This document shows, one piece after another, positions 18,452 to 25,860 of a stretch of DNA of 29,957 nucleotides (position 1 is its first letter; the number at the start of each line of letters is the position of its first letter). The position numbers were made by a program, and so were the translations under genes. Below the pieces are notes generated by a model. The model was not told the DNA's origin. It worked only from the letters and a program-made list of their open reading frames with translations, and did not search any database. Origin of the DNA: Planctomycetota bacterium (lineage in GTDB: Bacteria; Planctomycetota; UBA8108; UBA1146); NCBI GenBank assembly GCA_036338595.1, contig JAYZBV010000054.1:1-29957 (forward strand), read 5' to 3'.

Positions 18452-19625
18452 CGTCTCGCTCCCTTCCGCGAAGAAGAGCCCTGTACAGATCGATCACCTG
18501 GATCCAGTGGGCTTCCAGACGCGGATCATCTCTGACTCGGTCCCAGGATGCAGCAGAATCTGCGGCCAGGGGAGAAACCGTCTGCGTCTGGACGAACCCT
18601 TGCCCGGTGTCCCGGCCCTGACCGATCTGCGCCGATGTGACATCTGCTGCGGCATCCCCCGAAGGTTGGGAGACGGGCCTCAGTGAGGTCGGCCGATCCA
18701 GTCCACCGGCGGCGATATCCGTATCGAGGTTGCCTGCGCTGGCTCCTGCTGACGTGCTTCTCGCCACCACTTCACCGGTTCCCGCGGCGCCATCGACGGC
18801 GATGGTCGGGGAGTCATCCTGTCGACGATCCACTGCCTGCCAGCGTTCCACCAGTGGGCGAAGTGGATCGGTCTCGTCGAGGCGCTGCAGCGCCTCCGCC
18901 AGCGCACTTCGGTCTCGCGGCAGCAGTGCCGACGGGGGCTCCGATGCCTCGGAGGTGCTGCGCAGTTGCCTCGCCAGTGGTTCCAGCGCGGAGCGCCCCG
19001 CCAGCGCCAGGGCGGCATCTTCTCGTTGTTGCAGCAGGTGGCGATCGCTTGCGAACTGAGGGGACGCGACGGCTGTCGAGTCACGGGCGTTCGGCGTCGA
19101 TGGGGACGGATCCCTGTCGGCCGGTCCCAGATGAGAACCGATGAAGAGGGCCAGGATTGTCAGCAGTAGCGAGGGGAGGACGCCAGGATGGGGGACTCTC
19201 ATCGCCAGGGCATCCCGACCGGGAAGTGGGATGTGGGCGCTTCTGGCACGCAGCGACTCACTCCAGGGATCGCTGTCCCGACGCTGCCAGTTGTCGACGA
19301 TCGTCTCGACCAGTGCCACATCTCCGATGGTTGAATCCCAGATTCGAGGCCACAGAGCCCGAGCCCTGTGACGCTGTTGCAGGGAAAAGATGCACGCCAG
19401 CAGCAGCATCAAGCCGAGCGCGGTGAAGAGACCTCTTTCTGGCGAGGGGTCTGTCAGATAGAGGATGGTCGCCAGCGGTAATCCGATGGCGGCCCCGATC
19501 GTGGCTCCTCGCCTGGAGGCGTGTCGCAAGATGCGGTTTCGGCCCGCCCGAAGGCGAGGATCGCCGACAGCGCCGAGGTTTTTCAGGCGGCTCCGGCTTT
19601 GTTTTTTCTGATCGGTTTCGGGCAC
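18441..19625 (-). CDS. Hypothetical membrane protein, first gene of the moxR operon
   Basis: Three hydrophobic segments and a low-complexity C-terminus ending QVIDLYRALL. GAGGGAG RBS before the GTG; stop overlaps the moxR start. Confidence 0.7.
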   Translation of the reverse strand: MPETDQKKQSRSRLKNLGAVGDPRLRAGRNRILRHASRRGATIGAAIGLPLATILYLTDPSPERGLFTALGLMLLLACIFSLQQRHRARALWPRIWDSTIGDVALVETIVDNWQRRDSDPWSESLRARSAHIPLPGRDALAMRVPHPGVLPSLLLTILALFIGSHLGPADRDPSPSTPNARDSTAVASPQFASDRHLLQQREDAALALAGRSALEPLARQLRSTSEASEPPSALLPRDRSALAEALQRLDETDPLRPLVERWQAVDRRQDDSPTIAVDGAAGTGEVVARSTSAGASAGNLDTDIAAGGLDRPTSLRPVSQPSGDAAADVTSAQIGQGRDTGQGFVQTQTVSPLAADSAASWDRVRDDPRLEAHWIQVIDLYRALLRGRERDGGG

Positions 19626-19703
19626 GGGACTCCCTCGCGCGGGTCACGGTCGAAGGGGACCCCTCCAGTCTAGCCTACCGAGGCACCGGAGGCACCGTCT
19701 CCC

Positions 19704-19732
19704 TTGACACTCGCCCATCCGAGGCTGAGGAT
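19704..19732 (+). promoter_or_regulatory. Putative sigma70 promoter (TTGACA-17 nt-GAGGAT)
   Basis: Consensus -35 at 19704-19709, exact 17-nt spacer, weak -10. It faces the small ORF and tRNA-Pro. Confidence 0.45.
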
Positions 19733-19794
19733 CACTGACCAAGACGGGTGGGCCGGCTTCGGGTCGCCAGTATTAGTCCAGCTGGGGGATGCGC

Positions 19795-19962
19795 ATGGCG
19801 GAACAGTTGCACCAGTATTCGGCACTACACGAAATCGTACCGGTTGAGAGTTGGAGGAAAGATGGAGTCGAGGGTTGGCGCTTCCGTGATCGGGAGAACC
19901 AAACCATCTTCGTCGAGTCCTCCGAGTTGTTGGGTCATCAACTTGCATTCGAGGTGAACTAG
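19795..19962 (+). CDS. Small hypothetical protein, 55 aa (MAEQLHQYSALHEIVPVESWRKDGVEGWRFRDRENQTIFVESSELLGHQLAFEVN)
   Basis: Translated by hand; below the ORF-track cutoff. GGGGGA RBS 5 nt upstream, candidate promoter upstream, protein-like composition, and it fills an otherwise empty gap. Confidence 0.55.
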   Translation: MAEQLHQYSALHEIVPVESWRKDGVEGWRFRDRENQTIFVESSELLGHQLAFEVN

Positions 19963-20118
19963 GGCGTCTGGTAGGGCGTCACGGCGTCGAAGTTAGAGAG
20001 ACGATAGTCTTTCATTTCTGCGATCCGTTCCGGTTCCCCGTCTCCTTCAGTGACCCGCTGGATGGTCGAGTGGATGCAGTTGCCGGGAGTCGTGAAGGTG
20101 CAGTGTGTGGAGATCGAG

Positions 20119-20192
20119 CGGGGCGTAGCTCAGTTTGGCAGAGTGCCTGCTTTGGGAGCAGGAAGTCGGAGGTTCGAATCCTCTCGCCCCGA
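20119..20192 (+). tRNA. tRNA-Pro(UGG), CCA not encoded
   Basis: Acceptor CGGGGCG/CGCCCCG plus A; D-arm GCTC...GAGT; anticodon arm CCTGC-TTTGGGA-GCAGG; T-loop GGTTCGAATCC. Confidence 0.97.
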
Positions 20193-20224
20193 TTTCTCCC
20201 ATCCTCAACTCTTTCATGTCACTT

Positions 20225-21955
20225 TCAGCGTCGAGTCCCGCTTCCTCGTTCGAGGATGAAGGATCCACTTCGATCGATGTGAAAGGTCTCGCGAACGCCA
20301 TCGGGCCACCGCACTTCCAGAGCCATCGTCTTGCTTCCGGAGATCTGATCCGTGGCAAGAATCACCGCAGCCTCGGAAGAACTCTGAAATGAATCCTGAC
20401 GCAGCACAGGAGACGGGATCCACTTTCCTTCATCACGGATTCCGACCTGGGCTCCGATCGCTTCTCGGTTGAGGCCGGGCTGACGCAACTGAATCCGAAT
20501 CGAACTGGCACGCTCGGCTGCATTGTTGAGAAGCAGATGGGGCGAGCCGTTGAGGGTAGCGGAGAGGATGTCGATATCACCGTCACGGTCCAGATCCGCC
20601 AGCGCAGCGCTTCTTCCCAGATGAGCAGACATCTGGAGATCGCTCCCGGGTGGTTGTTCAAATCGGATGTGACCGTCAACCTCCTGTGCCAGCCAGAGCT
20701 GATCTCTCTGTCGATATCCTGGAGATGAGGCGACCTTGTCTGCTTCGGGGTAGACATGTCCGTTGGAAACGAAGATATCTACAAGTCCATCGAGATCGAG
20801 ATCCTCGACCCCGACTCCCCAGCTGAGCATCGGTCGACTGTCGGCAGCGAGTCCCCGCGTTGTTGCTTCATCGCTGAAGGTGCCATCGCCGTTGTTGAGA
20901 TAGAGATTGAGACTCTCTCGTTCGAAGTTGGTGACGACAAGATCGAGTCGGCCGTCTGCATCCAGATCGCCGACCCCGACACCCATCCCTGCCTGTTCCT
21001 GACCGTCCTGGTCGACAGCGATGCCTGCCAGGAGTCCATCTTCTTGCCACTGCATCGATGTGGATCTGGACCATAGATGGTTGGGACAGGAGTCGTTGGC
21101 AACAAAGATCTCCGGATGTGGATCGCCGAAGAGGTCGATGATGACCACGGCCAGCCCGTAGCCGTCGGTGGCGTCCTGAAATCCCCACTGTTTCGTGACC
21201 TCCCGGAAGTGCAGTCCGTCGATGTTCTCGAATACGAGGTCGTGCTGTGGAGTGAGCCCGCGGGGGCCACAGATGACCGGGTGGTTTTCCCACAGGCATG
21301 ACCATTCATCCCCATGCACGGGAGGATTTTCAAAGTCGTATTCGAGATAGCGGCAGATGTAGAGATCCAGATCCCCGTCGAGGTCGAGGTCTCCAAATGC
21401 AGCGCTGGTGCACCACCCACTGGTCTGGATGCCACTGTCGGATACCTCGACGAACTTGCCGTTTCTGTTTTCCAGCAACATCGAGGTCCCGATCCCGGTC
21501 AGTAACAGATCGTCGTCGCCATCTGCGTCCAGATCCGCGGCGGCGATGCCACAGGTCCAGGGAAGAGTTGGAATGTTTGCCGCCCCATCCACGGCTTGCA
21601 GATCGAGGGCTCCAGCCTGGCCTTCCCGTTGCATCAATAGTTGAGGGGAGTACCCGGGAAGACCAGCAAGATACCGGGCCGCAGTCGATCCAGAGGTGAA
21701 GAGAATGTCAGAATTCCCATCGCCGCTCACATCGAGGATGGCGACTCCGGTCGATTTGACATCCACGATGCCGCTGGGTGGGACTTCTCCACAGCGCTGA
21801 ATCACCGAGTCGAGGGCACCGTTGGGACTCTGCTGAAACAGTGTTCTGGATGGGTTGTTGACCGGATGAGTCTCGGGAGTGCTTCCGAAGTTGATCAGGA
21901 CGACGATCGCTGCACTCAAGATGAGCAGCAAGAGTGCTGGCTGGTCTTTCAACAC
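20225..21955 (-). CDS. CRTAC1-like FG-GAP/VCBS repeat protein with C-terminal ASPIC/UnbV domain
   Basis: Multiple D.D.DG..DL repeats, IFVAND, GMGVGVGD, SWGVGVED.DLDG..DIFVSNGHVY, GRSAALAD.DRDGD.DI and NREAIGA.V...LEVRWPDG. Start placed at GTG 21955, behind a GAGGAG RBS and before a hydrophobic anchor. Confidence 0.9.
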   Translation of the reverse strand: MLKDQPALLLLILSAAIVVLINFGSTPETHPVNNPSRTLFQQSPNGALDSVIQRCGEVPPSGIVDVKSTGVAILDVSGDGNSDILFTSGSTAARYLAGLPGYSPQLLMQREGQAGALDLQAVDGAANIPTLPWTCGIAAADLDADGDDDLLLTGIGTSMLLENRNGKFVEVSDSGIQTSGWCTSAAFGDLDLDGDLDLYICRYLEYDFENPPVHGDEWSCLWENHPVICGPRGLTPQHDLVFENIDGLHFREVTKQWGFQDATDGYGLAVVIIDLFGDPHPEIFVANDSCPNHLWSRSTSMQWQEDGLLAGIAVDQDGQEQAGMGVGVGDLDADGRLDLVVTNFERESLNLYLNNGDGTFSDEATTRGLAADSRPMLSWGVGVEDLDLDGLVDIFVSNGHVYPEADKVASSPGYRQRDQLWLAQEVDGHIRFEQPPGSDLQMSAHLGRSAALADLDRDGDIDILSATLNGSPHLLLNNAAERASSIRIQLRQPGLNREAIGAQVGIRDEGKWIPSPVLRQDSFQSSSEAAVILATDQISGSKTMALEVRWPDGVRETFHIDRSGSFILERGSGTRR

Positions 21956-22195
21956 GACTTCTCTCCTCGACTCACTCGGTGCCCCATGAGGCCAGGACCG
22001 CAATGGCTCCGGTGGCGCGCATCGGGTCAGCGACGTCTGCTGTGCGCTACAGGGTAGGGGATGGGGTCCCGTTTTTGCACAACCGATCATATTTGACGGG
22101 GTTACAGCCGCTTGGAATCCTCCATCTTCTATCCAGAAGGGAGAGAGAGCCCTACAATGGAACTCTCTTGTTCGTGAGAAAAGGAATGCTCAATA

Positions 22196-23767
22196 ATGAA
22201 GTCAAATCCGAGAATCAGTACTCTCTTCATTCTGCTGGCCCTCTCCTTGTTGCTGGTGTCGCCGGCAGACCTGTTTGCGCAGGGTCCTCCTCCTCCACCA
22301 CCTCCTCCGCCTCCACCTGGTGGCGGTCCTCCTCCACCTCCACCGATGCCACCGGTTCCTTTCACTGCCCAGAATCCATTCACATCCGAGAAGGCGATGC
22401 TCGGCAAGATCCTGTTCTGGGAAACGCAACTCTCAACTGACAGTTCGATCGCCTGTGGAAGTTGCCACTCGATGGAAAGCGGCGGTAGCGATTCGCGCTC
22501 CTTCGACCCGTTGTCGCTACACCCTGGACCGGACGGGAACTTTGGAACGCCCGATGACATCCGCGGCTCGATCGGCGTGCAGAATCAAAGTTGCCTCGGC
22601 GTCCTCTCCATTGACCCCATCTTTGGCCTCGAGAGACAGGTCACCCGTCGAAAGGCGCCATCTGCCATCAATGCGATGTTTGATGGCCGGCTCTTCTGGG
22701 ATGGACGCGTAGGGCCGCAATTCCAGAATCCGGAGACGGGTGCCGTCAGTATCCCGGGCAACACCAATCCTGCCGCCGGTGCTCTGGAAGCCCAAGCTGT
22801 GGGTCCGATCATCTCGGATGCCGAGATGGGTTGTGAGGTCCGGACCTGGGATGATGTTCGGACTCGATTGCTGACCGCGGTGCCACTGCAGTACGCCACC
22901 GACATCCCACAGGCGATGCTCGACACTCTGTCGCAGTTCTCGAATTACGAATCGCTGTTCCAGATGGCGTTTGGATCGCAGGAGATCACTGGCGAGAGGA
23001 TCGCCTTCGCCATCGCCACTTATGAGAGAACCTTGCTCGCTGACCAGACTCCTCTCGACCAGTTCATCGCGGGGAATCCCAATGCACTGAGCCAGCAACA
23101 GATCGGTGGAATGAACATATTTCTCAACAACTGCTTGCCCTGTCATGGCGGTCCATTTCTCGCCGATGGAGTCTTCCACGACATCGGAGTCAGGCCAGAA
23201 AGCGAGGATACTGGGCGCTTCGAGGTCACGGGGAATCCAGGTGACATCGGAAGATTCAAGACGCCTCCGCTGAGAAATGTCGAACTCCGCTCACCCTATT
23301 TTCACAATGGCGGCAAGCAGACCCTCGCCGAGGTTGTTGCCTTCTACAACGGTGGGGGTGACTTCCAGAATCCGGATGCAGGCCCGGGGACTCCTCCCCT
23401 GAACTTGCCCGCGGGTGCCCAGGCAAACCTGGTGCTATTTCTCGAGGCTTTGACCGATGAGAGGGTACGGAATGCGCTTCCGCCCTTCGATCATCCGACG
23501 CTTGCGGTACATTTTCGAAGGGGAGATTCGAACAGAGATGGAGCAGTCGACATCAGTGATGCGATTCATAGCCTCCAGTATCTCTTCGATGGTGTGCCTG
23601 CACTCTGCGAGGATGCCACCGACGCGAACGACGACGGGCAGTTGAATATTGCGGATCCTGTGCGTTTGCTCGATCGGCTCTTCGGGGGTGGCGAGCCACT
23701 TCCAGCACCCTCTGATCTGACGCGTGGACCGGACCTCACCGCGGATCCACTGGAATGTCTCGACTAG
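22196..23767 (+). CDS. Di-heme cytochrome c peroxidase/MauG family protein with poly-Pro N-terminus and C-terminal dockerin-like domain
   Basis: Signal peptide; LGKILFWETQLS; heme motifs CGSCH and CLPCH; RKAPS...LFWDGR; FKTPPLRNVELRSPYFHNG; VVAFY. Dockerin FRRGDSNRDG from 23513. Confidence 0.92.
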   Translation: MKSNPRISTLFILLALSLLLVSPADLFAQGPPPPPPPPPPPGGGPPPPPPMPPVPFTAQNPFTSEKAMLGKILFWETQLSTDSSIACGSCHSMESGGSDSRSFDPLSLHPGPDGNFGTPDDIRGSIGVQNQSCLGVLSIDPIFGLERQVTRRKAPSAINAMFDGRLFWDGRVGPQFQNPETGAVSIPGNTNPAAGALEAQAVGPIISDAEMGCEVRTWDDVRTRLLTAVPLQYATDIPQAMLDTLSQFSNYESLFQMAFGSQEITGERIAFAIATYERTLLADQTPLDQFIAGNPNALSQQQIGGMNIFLNNCLPCHGGPFLADGVFHDIGVRPESEDTGRFEVTGNPGDIGRFKTPPLRNVELRSPYFHNGGKQTLAEVVAFYNGGGDFQNPDAGPGTPPLNLPAGAQANLVLFLEALTDERVRNALPPFDHPTLAVHFRRGDSNRDGAVDISDAIHSLQYLFDGVPALCEDATDANDDGQLNIADPVRLLDRLFGGGEPLPAPSDLTRGPDLTADPLECLD

Positions 23768-24021
23768 GGTGTCTGAAACCATCTCGAGGCAGAGGATGAG
23801 TCCGAAATAGGATCGAAAACGATGCAACTTGGCGGATTGAGGAGCCAGGCTGCATCGTTTTTTTGTGAGTTCCCCCGACAACACGTGCGATACCACTCCC
23901 AATCCTGACATTCCTGTTGCTGATCGGTGACAGAAGTCGCAGCAAGATTTCAGAAGAATATCATGGACGGGCAGCGACAGAGAACTGTTGCAGGCGAGCT
24001 TATTGATACGCAAGGGGTTCC

Positions 24022-25860
24022 ATGAAGAGCACAGGTTTGGCTTTACTTCTTTTGCTGGCCACTACGCTGGCTCTCGCCCAGGTCACCCCCACATCCAACC
24101 TGAGAATTCAGGGTGCCAGCGCTCCGCCGGGTCTTCCCGTGATCTGTAGAATCTACATCGATCACAGTCTCGACTGCGAGGCGATCTCCTTTGGTGTCAC
24201 CCATGACCCTTCAGCGGTTTCGGTCAGCAACCTCCAGCGAGGCTTCTACCTGGAAGGCACGAATCTGGGTGGAATCACGCCCGATTTCCTGATGCTCGAG
24301 GCCAATCCGCTCGCAGGCGTCGGCTTCATCATGGGTTGTCTGTTCGATCTGACTCCTCCCATCAATGACCTGATGGCAGGTACAAACCAGGAGATCCTGA
24401 TTTGTACCTACCAGCTGCTACCGACTGCTCCGCCGGGAGACACACCGCTGCAGTTCACCGATGCCCTGCATGATCCCCCCGTGATGTTGTTGGTGGTGAT
24501 GGAGGGGCTGGAGTACATCCCGACCTGGGAGGATGGTGCCATCACGGTACTCGACGATTGCAATTCCAATGGAGTTCCGGATAGCACCGACATCGCCACG
24601 GGAACCAGCGAGGATTGTGACCTCGATGGGGTTCCGGATGAGTGCGGTTACTCCCCGGGTCAACCCGATTGCAATCAAGATGGAGTTCCTGATATCTGTG
24701 AGCTCGATTGCAACATCGATCAGATTCCTGATGTGTGCCAGACCGATCTCGATTGCGACCTGGATGGAGTTCTCGATTCCTGTGAGATCGATTCCGGCAC
24801 CGCGACGGACTGCGATGCGGATGGCTTGCCCGATTCGTGTGCGATCAGTCAGGGTCTTGCTACGGATTGTGACGGTGACGGGGTCCTCGACAGTTGCGAA
24901 ATTGCAGCAGGATTCGAACAGGATTGTGATCTGGATGGAGTGCCTGATTCCTGTGCTCTCTCACAGGGCATAGCTGCCGATTGCGATGGAGACGGAGTTC
25001 TCGATTCCTGTGAGATCGCTGCAGGCACTGCACTGGATTGTGATCTCGACGGCATTCCTGATTCGTGCTCACTCGCCCAGGGAACCGTTGCAGATTGCGA
25101 CGGAGACGGTGTTCTGGATTCCTGTGAAATCGCCACTGGTAGCGACCAGGACTGCGACCTCGATGGTATCCCCGATTCGTGTGCACTGGCCCAGGGAACC
25201 GTTGCAGATTGTGATGCCGATGGGCTGATCGATTCATGCGAACTGGCCCAGGGAACCGATCAAGATTGCGATGGAGATGGATTACTCGACTCCTGCGAGA
25301 TCCTCCAGGGGCTCGAATCTGATTGCGATGTGGATGGTCTTCCAGATTCTTGTGCAATAGCGCAAGGGGTTGAATCGGATTGCGATGTGGATGGCCTGCT
25401 CGATCCGTGCGAGATCGCACAGGGTCTCGAACAGGATTGCGATCTGGATGGTATCCCCGATAGTTGCGCCATCGCTGGCGCGCTGGTCGACGATTGTGAT
25501 CTGAACGGTGTTCCCGATTCCTGTGACAACGCATCTGGAGCAGACCAGAATGGAAACGGGATTCCTGATGTTTGTGAGATTGTCGAGTTCCGAAGAGGAG
25601 ATTGCAATGCGAGCGGTGGGTTCAACATCGCCGATGCGATCATCGTGCTGAACTACCTCTTCGCTCTGACCGATTCAGTGAACTGCATCGATGCCTGTGA
25701 TGCGAACGATGATGCAGGCATCGATATCGCAGATGCTGTGTTCCTTCTGGGTGCCTTGTTTGCCGGAGGTCCTCTGCCGTTGGCGCCATACCCGGACTGT
25801 GGGGAAGATCCCACGGTGGATACGCTCGATTGTGCGACCTACGGGGCGCCTTGCCCCTAG
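24022..25860 (+). CDS. Secreted protein with cohesin-like domain, about 19 Cys/Asp Ca-binding repeats and a dockerin-like domain
   Basis: Signal peptide. N-terminal beta-sandwich with a cohesin-like pattern (ISFGVTHDP...ILICTYQL...TPLQF...DGAITV). DCD.DG..DSC repeats. FRRGDCNASG...CGEDPTVDTLDC from 25588. Confidence 0.85.
   Translation: MKSTGLALLLLLATTLALAQVTPTSNLRIQGASAPPGLPVICRIYIDHSLDCEAISFGVTHDPSAVSVSNLQRGFYLEGTNLGGITPDFLMLEANPLAGVGFIMGCLFDLTPPINDLMAGTNQEILICTYQLLPTAPPGDTPLQFTDALHDPPVMLLVVMEGLEYIPTWEDGAITVLDDCNSNGVPDSTDIATGTSEDCDLDGVPDECGYSPGQPDCNQDGVPDICELDCNIDQIPDVCQTDLDCDLDGVLDSCEIDSGTATDCDADGLPDSCAISQGLATDCDGDGVLDSCEIAAGFEQDCDLDGVPDSCALSQGIAADCDGDGVLDSCEIAAGTALDCDLDGIPDSCSLAQGTVADCDGDGVLDSCEIATGSDQDCDLDGIPDSCALAQGTVADCDADGLIDSCELAQGTDQDCDGDGLLDSCEILQGLESDCDVDGLPDSCAIAQGVESDCDVDGLLDPCEIAQGLEQDCDLDGIPDSCAIAGALVDDCDLNGVPDSCDNASGADQNGNGIPDVCEIVEFRRGDCNASGGFNIADAIIVLNYLFALTDSVNCIDACDANDDAGIDIADAVFLLGALFAGGPLPLAPYPDCGEDPTVDTLDCATYGAPCP
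24556..25578 (+). repeat. Intragenic repeats DC(D/N)xDGx(L/P)DSC, mostly 57 nt/19 aa, thrombospondin type-3-like
   Basis: About 19 units counted in the translation. The central block alternates LDSCEI and PDSC(A/S) units. Confidence 0.9.

Noticed and set aside
19670..19957. ORF-track calls 19670-19948 (-) and 19748-19957 (+)
   Set aside because: Ser/Pro/Arg-rich shadow-like composition and no convincing RBS; both overlap the better-supported 19795-19962 ORF.
19626..20118. tmRNA or RNase P RNA in the gap before tRNA-Pro
   Set aside because: GAGGAAAG is not followed by the RNase P GTCC, and there is no tmRNA-like T-arm/CCA end. A small ORF explains the region better.
13820..22090. Longest-ORF starts at 13930, 14670, 17651 and 22090
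   Set aside because: Downstream starts (13819, 14658, 17474, 21955) give ATGA coupling or an RBS and put the hydrophobic leader at the N-terminus.
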